IMG/VR virus record: IMGVR_UViG_3300043443_000226
From: an uncultured virus (IMG/VR IMGVR_UViG_3300043443_000226)
Lineage: Duplodnaviria > Heunggongvirae > Uroviricota > Caudoviricetes
Strand: one strand, 5' to 3'
DNA: 64,000 bases
Shown here piece by piece: positions 53,721-63,049 of the stretch; position 1 is the first letter of the stretch, and every line of letters starts with the position of its first letter. The position numbers were made by a program, and so were the translations under genes. The notes below the pieces were generated by a model. That model saw only the letters and a list, made by a program, of their open reading frames with translations, was not told the DNA's origin and made no database searches.

Positions 53721-54565
53721 GCAATCTAGTCGATCCAACAAAACTTGATCAGTCGATCATTGATTCAATCGTACTTAGAGGAGACTTGAGTGGTCTTAAA
53801 GAAGAACAGCTTACCGGCTACTATAACTACCGCTGCCAACAAGTCGGACTCGATCCTTCTGCAAAGCCGTTCGATCTTCTTGTGCTCAGTGGGAAGAAAG
53901 TACTGTACGCGAACGCAGGGGCCACACAACAGCTCTGCAATCTGCACGGACTGTCCACTCAGATCACTAACCGTGAACGAGTTGAGGACGTGTATTTGGT
54001 ATCTGTACGATGCACTGGAAAGGATGGAAGAGCATCTGAAAACCAGGGAGCAGTCGATATTAAAGGACTCTCCGGTGAACGTCTTGCCAACGCGCTCATG
54101 AAGGCTACAACAAAGGCTATTCGTCGAACCGTACTCGCTCACGTCGGACTGGGGATGCTTGATGAAACTGAACTCGACACTATCCCGACTAATCAATATC
54201 AGAAGGTCGATATGCCGGTTGCTACGCCTCTACAACCGCTTGCTGAGGTCATTGAAGGTAAGTACAAGGTATTAGTTCCAGAGGGCGATAAGAGCAAGGT
54301 TTACAGCTCTCACCAGGATGAAATGCAGTGGCAGGATAACTTCTTTGGTTTGATTGGCAAGATCGCTGACTCGAAGAAGATGACAACCGAGGAGAAGAAC
54401 GCCAAATTGGCGTCACTCTTTCGGGTCAACCACGAAACCATCGATAACTTTGGCGGGGTTGCAGCCATTGCATTCAAGAAGCGCTGTCACGATCATGCGG
54501 TCGAGAATTTTGTCGCAAAAAAGGTAGTGACTCTGGAGGCGGAGGAAGAGGTAGTGTTCGATTGA
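53717..54565 (+). CDS. Single-strand annealing protein (RecT/Rad52 superfamily-like)
   Basis: GLDP..KP, ALMKATTKAIRRTVL...GLG; paired with the YqaJ nuclease. Confidence 0.7.
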   Translation: MSNLVDPTKLDQSIIDSIVLRGDLSGLKEEQLTGYYNYRCQQVGLDPSAKPFDLLVLSGKKVLYANAGATQQLCNLHGLSTQITNRERVEDVYLVSVRCTGKDGRASENQGAVDIKGLSGERLANALMKATTKAIRRTVLAHVGLGMLDETELDTIPTNQYQKVDMPVATPLQPLAEVIEGKYKVLVPEGDKSKVYSSHQDEMQWQDNFFGLIGKIADSKKMTTEEKNAKLASLFRVNHETIDNFGGVAAIAFKKRCHDHAVENFVAKKVVTLEAEEEVVFD

Positions 54566-54756
54566 CGCAGACGCAGGCAGTGCTTGAGCGTTTGCAACAA
54601 GGAACGCTCACGCAACTGCAGGCTTACGCAGAGATTGGTTCAACAAGACTTGCAGCCAGAGTCGAAGAACTAAGAAAGCAAGGTCACACCATCGTGACAC
54701 ACACAATCAACCGTAATGGCAAATCCTTTGCCGAATATCAACTAGTGAGGAAATAA
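54562..54756 (+). CDS. Winged-HTH protein
   Basis: LTQLQA....GSTRLAARVEELRKQGH.I. Confidence 0.8.
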   Translation: MTQTQAVLERLQQGTLTQLQAYAEIGSTRLAARVEELRKQGHTIVTHTINRNGKSFAEYQLVRK

Positions 54757-55016
54757 TGGCTTACGAACAGCAACAAGGCAGTGGCGTACTTTTCACCGTT
54801 AAAGAGAAGAAGTCTGACAAGGCACCAGACTGGTCAGGCAGTTTCACCTGCGATCAGGCTTACAAGCCTGGTGATGTGATCAAACTGTCAGCATGGACAA
54901 AGCGTAGTGCTTATGGCGATCTGATCTCGATTAGGGTAAATAACTTCGTACCAGGTCAGCCTGCAAAGCAAGGCCGTGAGGTGAGCTTTCAAGACGATGA
55001 CAGTGTGCCGTTCTGA
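54756..55016 (+). CDS. SSB-like protein with bacterial-type acidic tail
   Basis: SGVLF...KAPDWSG...LSAW; ends DDDSVPF. Confidence 0.7.
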   Translation: MAYEQQQGSGVLFTVKEKKSDKAPDWSGSFTCDQAYKPGDVIKLSAWTKRSAYGDLISIRVNNFVPGQPAKQGREVSFQDDDSVPF

Positions 55017-55225
55017 TGTTATGCCCTAAGTGCGCCGAGCGTGGTGAGCACAACGATACGATCATCCTAGAGACTCGCAGGTATGGCGGTAAGAAGCCTG
55101 CGAACTCTTGGGTGACACGCAGGCGACGCTGTGTCGCTTGCTTGCATCGATTCACCACCACAGAAGTCATTAAAGGCGCTAATGACAAGGTATGGGACGC
55201 TGCATTGCGGGAGGATATGGCATGA
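55016..55225 (+). CDS. NrdR-N-like Zn-ribbon protein
   Basis: CPKC...ETR...RRRRCVAC.HRFTT.E. Confidence 0.75.
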   Translation: MLCPKCAERGEHNDTIILETRRYGGKKPANSWVTRRRRCVACLHRFTTTEVIKGANDKVWDAALREDMA

Positions 55226-55542
55226 CAAAACTGACAGAATCCCACATGAAGGTGCTTAAGTATCTTTCTAAGCGAAAGACTGAAGCCACATTCAAAGACA
55301 TTCAACTGCAAACCAGGCTTGGCATTCCGACAACCAAGTACGTTATTCGCGCACTGCTTCATGATGGATACATCAAGAAACGATCAGAGAGGATTAATCG
55401 CATAACGGAACGGTTTTATACCTTTGCAAGCTGGGAGCCAGTACCGAAAGAACCTGTTAAGAACCCTATCAAGTTCACCAAGACGCGTATTACGATAGAA
55501 CCCAAGTTCTTCAACAATCCGTTTAATGTAGGTGCTTCATGA
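55222..55542 (+). CDS. Winged-HTH protein ending NNPFNV
   Basis: KVLKYL...TFKDIQLQTRLGIPTTKYVIRALLHDGYI; GGAGG RBS. Confidence 0.7.
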   Translation: MTKLTESHMKVLKYLSKRKTEATFKDIQLQTRLGIPTTKYVIRALLHDGYIKKRSERINRITERFYTFASWEPVPKEPVKNPIKFTKTRITIEPKFFNNPFNVGAS

Positions 55543-55754
55543 GTGAGATGACCAGGGAAGAGATGCAGGCCAAGATGGAGACGCTCTATGCGCTTACCAG
55601 AGAGCTACGAGCCATGCTGGCAAGAACTGATCACAAACTCAAAGTCAGGGAAATGTTCATTCATGCCTTGCTCGACCCTGATGCTTTTGGCTATGCCGTA
55701 GAGAATACCGTCAGGGAAGAAGCCTGGAAAATCCTACAAGGAGAGCGCGATTGA
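55539..55754 (+). CDS. Hypothetical protein (71 aa)
   Basis: LLDPDAFGYAV..VR motif; coupled ORF. Confidence 0.7.
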   Translation: MSEMTREEMQAKMETLYALTRELRAMLARTDHKLKVREMFIHALLDPDAFGYAVENTVREEAWKILQGERD

Positions 55755-56065
55755 GCAAGCTAGGTAAAGACCGAGGTGCTAGTTATGAGCGCGAGGTCTG
55801 TAACGCGCTTACAGAGCGTTTAGGAACCAAGGTGACGCGTGTACTAGGGCAAGCAAGAGATGGCGGCTCAGACATCGATCTAGGCCCGTTTATGATCGAA
55901 TGCAAACGTCGTAGGAAGATAGCGCTCTATGAATGGATGGAACAGGCCAAAGTCTCATCCAAAGGTGAGAAGGTGCCTGTCGTGATTTGCAGGGCTGATG
56001 GCAAAGAGAGCCTGGTGATCTTTAGGCTTGACGATGCGATCACGCTCATGCAGAATGAATTGTGA
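55751..56065 (+). CDS. Holliday junction resolvase-like PD-(D/E)xK nuclease
   Basis: RGASYERE...GGSDI....IECKRR...PVVICRADG. Confidence 0.8.
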   Translation: MSKLGKDRGASYEREVCNALTERLGTKVTRVLGQARDGGSDIDLGPFMIECKRRRKIALYEWMEQAKVSSKGEKVPVVICRADGKESLVIFRLDDAITLMQNEL

Positions 56066-56163
56066 CTCCGCTGAATCTGCCAGTAGGTTAAGCGCTTGAG
56101 GCAAGCGAGCAGATAGCCTCACCTGTTGTCTCCTTTGAGTTTAGCTCTTCCCGACGAGCTTTT

Positions 56164-56193
56164 ACCCCGTCATCACCGACGGGGTTTTCTTTT
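56164..56193 (+). terminator. Terminator of the phage B early arm
   Basis: ACCCCGTC-ATCACC-GACGGGGT then TTTCTTTT. Confidence 0.8.
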
Positions 56194-56328
56194 GGCAGTC
56201 TTTGCGGATTCTCGAAAATTCTTGGCGGTGGGGGAGCCTTTACTACCTGGCTTTCTCATTCTCTCGCCAGAACCTGCTGCAATGCGAGCACGTTTAGCAT
56301 GAATGTTTGCGTATAAACCTTGTTTCAT
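56173..56328 (-). CDS. 51-aa basic micro-protein
   Basis: MKQGLYANIHAKRARIAAGSGERMRKPGSKGSPTAKNFRESAKTAKRKPRR; homolog of 25962..26108. Confidence 0.8.
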   Translation of the reverse strand: MKQGLYANIHAKRARIAAGSGERMRKPGSKGSPTAKNFRESAKTAKRKPRR

Positions 56329-56574
56329 CTAACACCTCCAGCGTCTTCTAGCGGCTTTACCTCTTGGGCCAGACCATGATCTTGACCTTGCACAGAAACT
56401 CTTCTTCCTAGCCTTTTCTCTTGGCGTTGAAGGGTTAGGTGCAGGCGCTTGCAGATTGGAGCCTGTAGCCCTGTTGTAAGCCTTCCTACCGGCCTCTGTC
56501 ATGCCACCACCTTCAGCCACTGACTGAAAGTGTCTACCCTTACCACGCGTTGTCTTTGCAATCGGGTTTGCCAT
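56329..56574 (-). CDS. Basic small late protein (81 aa)
   Basis: GGGMTEAGRKAYNR...RKKSFCAR...ARRRWRC. Confidence 0.8.
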   Translation of the reverse strand: MANPIAKTTRGKGRHFQSVAEGGGMTEAGRKAYNRATGSNLQAPAPNPSTPREKARKKSFCARSRSWSGPRGKAARRRWRC

Positions 56575-56576
56575 GC

Positions 56577-57044
56577 TTACCTCATCATCAATGCTTCAGC
56601 TTCTCGACGCTTAGTCAGCCCTGGTAGCACCCTGCCTGCAGCCTTGTTCCATTTGCGGCACTCCACTGCTGCGCCTTCCCAGTCATTGGCATCGATACGT
56701 TTCTTGAAGGTCGAGATTCTGTAGTTGCCTAAGCCACAGTTATACGCCCAACTGATGACTGCAGCAATACGTCTAGGGCTTGCAGAAACAAGCCGTGGTG
56801 AGAGTTTTACCAGCCCGGAAACGAAGTGCCTGACATGTTCCTGAAGGGCACTCTCAGCTTGTTCTTTTGTCCAGACAGTGTATTGCCTAATATCACGACC
56901 AGTAGCACCATAACCAATAGTCCAAGGGTCGCCACCAGTACCGGGGTCAGGATAAGCACAGCAATCGCCGTTAGGAAGACGTTTAGCATAGCCTTCAAAG
57001 GGCTTGATGAGTACGTTGATGGCAAGCTCAATCGCTTCATTCAC
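56577..57044 (-). CDS. Endolysin, GH24 lysozyme, phage B
   Basis: FEG...AYPDPG....WTIGYG, YNCG, GLTKRREAE. Confidence 0.92.
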   Translation of the reverse strand: MNEAIELAINVLIKPFEGYAKRLPNGDCCAYPDPGTGGDPWTIGYGATGRDIRQYTVWTKEQAESALQEHVRHFVSGLVKLSPRLVSASPRRIAAVISWAYNCGLGNYRISTFKKRIDANDWEGAAVECRKWNKAAGRVLPGLTKRREAEALMMR

Positions 57045-57520
57045 TTGTACTTCTCTATGCTGCGACCAACAAACCAAAACGTGAGAATCATGGTGAAGAG
57101 TCCAAAGTCATCTTCATCCCAACACTTCACGATTACTTCATGCCACGGTGCATTGCTTTGAAACGCAAGAACAAGCGAAGCCGCCTTGACTGCCGCATAC
57201 ATAGCAAAGATAGCCCAAGTAATGCCCGGACGAACCAGCGCTGAGATGCCAGCCACAAACCAACCTGCTGCTTGAGCCGTTTGACTCTGTTCTTCAAAGG
57301 CCGCTTTAATGGTGTCGAGTTGCTGAGCACTGTAGTCAACATACTTTTCCTCCATCTTAAAAGTGCCACGCATCTTCTCAAGATCGGTCTGCAACTGAAA
57401 CATGTTCAGCTCATGCTGGCGTTCGTTCTTCTTATCGAGGAACTTCAGAACCTCTGGAGCCAGTCGAAACAAACCACCAAAGATACTGCCAAGCAAACCA
57501 CCTGAAAGCAGGTCAAACAT
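57041..57520 (-). CDS. 3TM-holin-like membrane protein, phage B
   Basis: FRLAPEVLK...SALVRPGITW...ILTFWFVGR; homolog of 16918..17382. Confidence 0.7.
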   Translation of the reverse strand: MFDLLSGGLLGSIFGGLFRLAPEVLKFLDKKNERQHELNMFQLQTDLEKMRGTFKMEEKYVDYSAQQLDTIKAAFEEQSQTAQAAGWFVAGISALVRPGITWAIFAMYAAVKAASLVLAFQSNAPWHEVIVKCWDEDDFGLFTMILTFWFVGRSIEKYK

Positions 57521-57693
57521 TACTTGTTCAGAATCTGATCAATGCGTGTATGCGCTTTATCGGCTGTCATGTGCAAGTGCTCAACCTTAGCCTTGAGCTC
57601 TGCTAAGTCTGAACGAATAGCCACATAAGCACCAAACGCTCCAGCAGCAGCACCAATTAGGGCTTGTATGACTACTGACATCGACACTTCCAT
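57520..57693 (-). CDS. 57-aa TM / coiled-coil protein
   Basis: MEVSMSVVIQALIGAAAGAFGAYVAIRSDLAEL...AHTRID. Confidence 0.7.
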   Translation of the reverse strand: MEVSMSVVIQALIGAAAGAFGAYVAIRSDLAELKAKVEHLHMTADKAHTRIDQILNK

Positions 57694-58035
57694 TTAGGAC
57701 ATTCCTTCGCCTGGTGTGATGTACAGGTTGTGCGTACCCGTATCAACGATGGCAGCAAAGTAAACCGGATTAGTTCCATTGGCCTGGCCGTTGGTAATCA
57801 CAATTCTACTGTTGGGGGGAACGACAAATCCATACTCACCAGTACCAGACGTTGGTATCACCGCTGTAGTTCCGCTACTTGCACCTGTCTTTACAAAGAT
57901 TTCATGGTTGCCATCGTTGTAAAGCGCAAACTGGTTAGCAGGCGTATCAGCGTAGACAGCAACATTCGCAGATGTTGTCGTTACGCTTAAAAGGTAGGTC
58001 TTGCCAGTAGCAAGAAACGCAATATTATTTGCCAC
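57694..58035 (-). CDS. Putative structural protein (113 aa)
   Basis: Beta-rich, ends LYITPGEG. Confidence 0.7.
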   Translation of the reverse strand: MANNIAFLATGKTYLLSVTTTSANVAVYADTPANQFALYNDGNHEIFVKTGASSGTTAVIPTSGTGEYGFVVPPNSRIVITNGQANGTNPVYFAAIVDTGTHNLYITPGEGMS

Positions 58036-58189
58036 CTTTGTTCCCCCATTGCTGCGCTGCAGTCATGGTGCCATAGCATGGCGCACCATTGGTGAACTTA
58101 GGCTGGAAGTTAGGGTTGACCTGCTTGGTCGTGCCTTGGCTAGGCTTTAGCACCACCTGTTTGCTCACTACTTTCGTCATCGTCATCAT
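58025..58189 (-). CDS. 54-aa hypothetical protein
   Basis: AAGGA RBS; fills the gap between neighbouring genes. Confidence 0.5.
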   Translation of the reverse strand: MMTMTKVVSKQVVLKPSQGTTKQVNPNFQPKFTNGAPCYGTMTAAQQWGNKGGK

Positions 58190-58388
58190 GCTTTGTTTCC
58201 TTCATCAAGGATGGTAAAAACACTGTGATGGCAAAGATAAGCAATGCGGCGATCCGCTCATAACTCGGCCCCCACATTGTCCAGCAAGCTAAGGCAAAAG
58301 TCATCGACAACGCCAAGATTGTCAACACCCTCGCCACCACTAACTTCAAACTAATGCGTACTACCTTCAACAGAAGATTAGAATCCAT
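58140..58388 (-). CDS. Two-TM membrane protein
   Basis: Two hydrophobic segments, acidic tail; GAGG RBS. Confidence 0.65.
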   Translation of the reverse strand: MDSNLLLKVVRISLKLVVARVLTILALSMTFALACWTMWGPSYERIAALLIFAITVFLPSLMKETKHDDDDESSEQTGGAKA

Positions 58389-58428
58389 GTTCAGCCTCAT
58401 GGGGTTAATTAAGGTTATCTAGTCTACC

Positions 58429-58638
58429 TTAACTATCTTCATCTTCGTCTTCATCCATGAAGCCTCTACCCCAGTCAGCATCACTCGCTTTCAGGCGTAT
58501 GGCTTCTAACTTCAATGCTCGATCAATAATCTTCGACTTATCGGTAAGGCTTGCTTCCGGGTCTGCCATGACTTCAGCCAAGAGTTTGCTTATCGCAGCC
58601 TCTAAGTCAGGGTTTATGCCCGACTGCTTACGCTTCAC
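58429..58638 (-). CDS. Helical 69-aa protein with acidic tail
   Basis: Coupled ORF. Confidence 0.7.
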   Translation of the reverse strand: MKRKQSGINPDLEAAISKLLAEVMADPEASLTDKSKIIDRALKLEAIRLKASDADWGRGFMDEDEDEDS

Positions 58639-58814
58639 CGCATCATTCGGCGCTTGGGCTGGCGCTCAGGCATCTTGTTCATAGGCTGGCGACCTAATGC
58701 ACGTTGCGCTGCAAGCGAGCCTGCAACTTCATTGCGACCCGCCTCTGCTGCCTGCGCTTCCTGGCGCTTCATTTCTTTATTACCTTCTGCCTTCATCATG
58801 CCATCGTAGTTCAT
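58635..58814 (-). CDS. 59-aa M/R-rich protein
   Basis: MNYDGMMKAEG...PKRRMMR; GAGG RBS. Confidence 0.6.
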   Translation of the reverse strand: MNYDGMMKAEGNKEMKRQEAQAAEAGRNEVAGSLAAQRALGRQPMNKMPERQPKRRMMR

Positions 58815-58993
58815 CGCATACCTCTCTTGGTTTTACGCGCTGTGGAATAGGCTATGGCCGCAGCCTGCTTGACTGCAGCTCTCTTACTGGCAGGTCGGCT
58901 TGTACCAATCTTGCCACTTTCTTTGAACTTCCGCACCATCTCACCGATGTTGCTAGAAATAGTCTTTTGACTACTACCTTTTTTAAGGGGCAT
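58811..58993 (-). CDS. 60-aa basic protein
   Basis: MPLKKGSSQKTISSNI...KQAAAIAYS. Confidence 0.8.
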   Translation of the reverse strand: MPLKKGSSQKTISSNIGEMVRKFKESGKIGTSRPASKRAAVKQAAAIAYSTARKTKRGMR

Positions 58994-60610
58994 TTATTTC
59001 TCCTGAGCACGATTTACTGCGCCAGCAGCAACACCAACAGGGCTTACACGAGTCTGGCGTAAACGAGAAGCCACATCTTCCGGCCTTAAATACAACTCAG
59101 CCATTCTTTTTGCGGCGGGAGGCGCCGCCATAATTGCAGCGCCAGCAGCAGGAAGGTAAGGAATATCTCCGGCAAAACCACCGCCCATCAAACTTAAGCC
59201 TGTTCCTGCTCTAAGTAATCCACCTAGCGTTGTTGCTTCAGTTTGAGGAATTCTTGGTCTAGTAAAAATGTTATAGGTTTGCCCTGACTCTGCCAACGGA
59301 ACGTATGCACCGCCTCGCCCACGCTCTCTTCCATACAAAACATTAGTTGGCTCTACAGCAGCATACTGTTGCGCAAACTTATTGATGTCCACATCGCCAG
59401 CACGAATGATTGCCGGGTTTCTTGCGTAAGCATCTTCAAATGCTTTAAGAGCTGCGTACTGTTTATCAATACCTCTAAGAGCCTCGTAATCATCTTTGCC
59501 AAGACTGCGCTTTGCAATGTCATCAAACTGCTGAAGCACTTTTATGCCAACTTGTTTTGGCGCCCCTTCTAGTCCATAAACATATTGAGCTACTTCTGAA
59601 CGAACCTCTTTCCATAAAGGCGCAGGTATTTGCTGACGAGCTTGCAACGCCTCGGCAAAGGCAGAAACACGAGGGCTTCCAACCCTAAACTCATTTAAGG
59701 TTGTGTTCTTATTAAAAGCATCAACTAGTTGATTCCTTGCTGCGTTATCTACATTGATTTCTTTACCTGAAAGCAACGTGTTGTATTGGTTTGCTAGAGC
59801 GTCATCAGCGTCACGCATAGCTCTTGGAACTAATGTCGGCTCAACGCCGCCAAACGCTTTAGCTACAGCACGATTTGCCGCAGCTTGATTCTCTCTGCCA
59901 AACTTAATGAACTCTTCACGAGAACCAGGTACTAGTTGCATAACGCGTTCAGTTGCAGACAACGCTCTTGATTCTTTAATCTGACTAGGAAGCGGCTGCA
60001 TACCTGTTTGCAATGCCTGACTAAGAACACGCTGCTTTTCTTCAGAACGAATGTTTTCTGGAATCGTATACATGCGTTCACGCACACTCTCAGCAACTGG
60101 AGCCAATGCTCTTCGTGCAGCCGTGCGAACCATTGAAGGGCCAACCTCCCCAGCAACCCTTGCAGTTTCTGCAATAGGTTCAGGCGCTCCAGCTTCTCTT
60201 GCTTTTGTCGCGACATATTCGCCACCAGCACCTGCTGCACCTGCTCCAGCCGTCATACCTGCGAGCTGCTTTCCAGTTTGAGGAAACATGGCTTGAGCAA
60301 ATCCTCTTGCGCTACGTTCAATAGCTCCTACTGCCTGCGGAGCTTTGCCAGCGAGCTTTAACGCACTTCCTGCAGCTAAACCAAGCGGCCCTACTGCTGT
60401 CGCATATTCACCAGCTTTTTCAACCATTCTGCCAAATGTGCTTTTTTCTTGTGCGGCTCCACTAGACGGGCCAGTTACAGCAGGCGTTGGTATTTTGGCA
60501 ACAACATCTTCTGTTGATTCTCCAAGGTGTTTTTGAATACGAGCTTTAGCCGCTGTTGGATCAGTTTCCGACAACTCGTAACTTTTACCTTTGTACTCGT
60601 ATACAGGCAT
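58994..60610 (-). CDS. Internal virion / ejection protein (538 aa)
   Basis: Position and Ala-rich helical composition. Confidence 0.6.
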   Translation of the reverse strand: MPVYEYKGKSYELSETDPTAAKARIQKHLGESTEDVVAKIPTPAVTGPSSGAAQEKSTFGRMVEKAGEYATAVGPLGLAAGSALKLAGKAPQAVGAIERSARGFAQAMFPQTGKQLAGMTAGAGAAGAGGEYVATKAREAGAPEPIAETARVAGEVGPSMVRTAARRALAPVAESVRERMYTIPENIRSEEKQRVLSQALQTGMQPLPSQIKESRALSATERVMQLVPGSREEFIKFGRENQAAANRAVAKAFGGVEPTLVPRAMRDADDALANQYNTLLSGKEINVDNAARNQLVDAFNKNTTLNEFRVGSPRVSAFAEALQARQQIPAPLWKEVRSEVAQYVYGLEGAPKQVGIKVLQQFDDIAKRSLGKDDYEALRGIDKQYAALKAFEDAYARNPAIIRAGDVDINKFAQQYAAVEPTNVLYGRERGRGGAYVPLAESGQTYNIFTRPRIPQTEATTLGGLLRAGTGLSLMGGGFAGDIPYLPAAGAAIMAAPPAAKRMAELYLRPEDVASRLRQTRVSPVGVAAGAVNRAQEK

Positions 60611-60618
60611 AAATCACC

Positions 60619-62022
60619 TCAATCAAGTTTGATTGGATTGCCAGGCGTTCCATCACCTTGCGGCTTAACAGTAGTCTGCAAAGTTGGCCCTAAATAAGCA
60701 TCAAGCGTTTGTTGATTTATTCCTAACGAACCGCCAATTTGCCGCTGTCGATTAGCAGCGTTGTTGATGATTTCAAGTTGCCTATCAAAGTACATTTTTG
60801 CGTTATCAGCGCTTGTTGTTGGATTGATTGTGAACTGGTCAAAAGATCGTTCTTCCGCTTTTGTAAGCGTCTGTCCAAATAACGTATTTCTGACCTTTGC
60901 TACAAACTCGCGATAGTCTTTCCACCAATTAACAGTGTCATTAGTTACTGGAGGAAGTTTTGTGCCAAATGCACCTGCCACTTGGCTAGCAATTTGCCCA
61001 ACCGGCAAACCTCTATCAACAAGGGTTAGGAATGTTTCAGCAATTTCTTTCTGAGGAAACAATCCAAAGTATTCTGGTTTCCCTGAAGAAGAAATACGTC
61101 CAAGACTATCTTTAACAGAACCAAGATTCTCCAAACGTTTTTCTACAGGCCCAGGAAGCGATTGAATTTTTCCTTCTTGCTTCATCTGCGCTATTTCACG
61201 CTGGAACGCCATACGATCTTGTGCAAGTTCACGCTGCAACTGCATACGCTCTCTTGCCATTTCAGCCTGTTGCTTCAGTTGAAGCATCGTCTGTGTAGCG
61301 CGATCAGAGCCTTCTACTGCTTTGTTAAGCGCTTCGCTAGCTTGCTTGTACATGCCTTGGCGCATAGCGGCAGCAGCAACACTGTTTTGCGTTTCTGCTT
61401 CCAGTATCTTTAACTCACCTTCAGCGGCTTTGCGATCTGTCTGCAATAGGTTCATAGCCCTATTGAATCGATCAAGCGTTTGTCGATTGTTTTCCTTGAT
61501 AGCTTCTACATTCTTTGTGAAGACATCAAGTTCACGTTTATAAACGTCTTGCCTGCCTTGCCTAAATCCTTCTACAGCGCCGTTAAGAGCTGCCATAGCA
61601 GCCATCCCTGACCGCTTGCTAGCACCACCAGTAAGGAAGCCAGCAACAATGCTAAGGCCAAGTACGTTTCGGATGTCTTCCAAGTTTGCAGAACTTGGCT
61701 CAAATGCTGGAATCTCTTTTTGACGATACTCAGGTGACTCGACAAGCTGTCGTTCTTGCGCAGCAAAGACATCACCAATCTCTTTACCACGCGTAGCCAT
61801 ACCCGTGCGCTTTGCAGCAATGTCCGCTTGCGACGTTTCAGCTTCTGCACGTTGAGCCTCCATCAATCCAGGAAGTTGCTCTTCAGCAATCGTGCCACGC
61901 GCTATCCTGCTTTGCATACCTTGTTCCGGCGTCTGAGCTTCAGCAGGCTTTCGGCCATACACAGCGCCCATAGCCCGTGAGATTGGGTCGCCAGTCGTAC
62001 CAAGTGCGTCTTGCAGTGCCAT
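60619..62022 (-). CDS. Internal virion / ejection protein (467 aa)
   Basis: Coiled-coil; RNTLFGQTLT..E. Confidence 0.6.
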   Translation of the reverse strand: MALQDALGTTGDPISRAMGAVYGRKPAEAQTPEQGMQSRIARGTIAEEQLPGLMEAQRAEAETSQADIAAKRTGMATRGKEIGDVFAAQERQLVESPEYRQKEIPAFEPSSANLEDIRNVLGLSIVAGFLTGGASKRSGMAAMAALNGAVEGFRQGRQDVYKRELDVFTKNVEAIKENNRQTLDRFNRAMNLLQTDRKAAEGELKILEAETQNSVAAAAMRQGMYKQASEALNKAVEGSDRATQTMLQLKQQAEMARERMQLQRELAQDRMAFQREIAQMKQEGKIQSLPGPVEKRLENLGSVKDSLGRISSSGKPEYFGLFPQKEIAETFLTLVDRGLPVGQIASQVAGAFGTKLPPVTNDTVNWWKDYREFVAKVRNTLFGQTLTKAEERSFDQFTINPTTSADNAKMYFDRQLEIINNAANRQRQIGGSLGINQQTLDAYLGPTLQTTVKPQGDGTPGNPIKLD

Positions 62023-62024
62023 GA

Positions 62025-63047
62025 TTAACCTCTCGGTGGCGGCGTCTTAGAAGTTGTTTCCGGCGTTGCTACATTGCCGTAGATAGTGCGGTATAGATTG
62101 GTCAATGTCGTATTGAGCATGTCACGCGTAGCTTGATCAGCAGCGTAACCAGCACGAATAGCGGCAGCCTGGTACTGATCACCAATGCCAGCAATCTTGA
62201 TACCTTGGTCAATCAAGTCTTGAGCACCACGCTGTTGCATCTCTTGCATACGCGCTTGCTGTTGTTGCTGTGCAGTACCGCTAGTCAAGCCTCGTTGTGC
62301 AAGTTGTTGCTTTTGCCTTGCATCAAGCGCCGCCATTTGCTGCATTTGCACTGGAGTCAACTCACCACGCTGACCGCGAGCAATCATCTCTTGACCAAGT
62401 GCGCGATTAGGTGCGCCTATCTGAGATAACTCTTGCTGCATTCTGCGAGCCTGTTGCCCAGCTTGCCGTGCTTGATAGATAGATGCTAGCGTTCCAAGCC
62501 CAGCCAACCCTTCTCTAGTACCAAGCACTTGTTTAGCCCCAGTTTTAAGCATGTCTTCAAAACTACGGCCAGGAGCAGCACCTTGATCTATCGCTTCTTG
62601 TTTGAAGTCTCGAACCTGCTGCGGCCCAACAAACTCATTAGGCATTTGTGGCAACTGAGGCGTAAACGATCTAGTCATTGCTGGTTCAAACTGTGGTTGA
62701 GTTTGCGCTGGCTCCATCGTATCGGCAGGCGCTGAATAAATAAATGCGTTACTCATATCAATGGGTTGAGATACAGTTCCCGGCGAAAAGACCTGGTTAT
62801 CAAACCCTTGCTGTTCAGCAGGAACTATATCTTCATAACTGCCAAGAAATCCGCCATCTTCAAACTCAGGCAATCCCGTTGCAGGATTCATAGTGCCAGC
62901 ACCACCTCTAGACTTTAGTAGTGCAGCCTCTTGCGGTGTGATGTGCGCCAAGATAGTATCTTGTCCACGGCCCTGCCTGCGTAGCATCTCTGCTAAGGCT
63001 TTGAGATCGAGGCCACCACCGAGAAGTGCGGCAAGTTGTTTAGCCAT
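62025..63047 (-). CDS. Internal virion protein (340 aa)
   Basis: GRGQDTILAHITPQEAALLK.RGGAGT.NP.TGLPEF motif; Q-rich. Confidence 0.7.
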   Translation of the reverse strand: MAKQLAALLGGGLDLKALAEMLRRQGRGQDTILAHITPQEAALLKSRGGAGTMNPATGLPEFEDGGFLGSYEDIVPAEQQGFDNQVFSPGTVSQPIDMSNAFIYSAPADTMEPAQTQPQFEPAMTRSFTPQLPQMPNEFVGPQQVRDFKQEAIDQGAAPGRSFEDMLKTGAKQVLGTREGLAGLGTLASIYQARQAGQQARRMQQELSQIGAPNRALGQEMIARGQRGELTPVQMQQMAALDARQKQQLAQRGLTSGTAQQQQQARMQEMQQRGAQDLIDQGIKIAGIGDQYQAAAIRAGYAADQATRDMLNTTLTNLYRTIYGNVATPETTSKTPPPRG

Positions 63048-63049
63048 GA

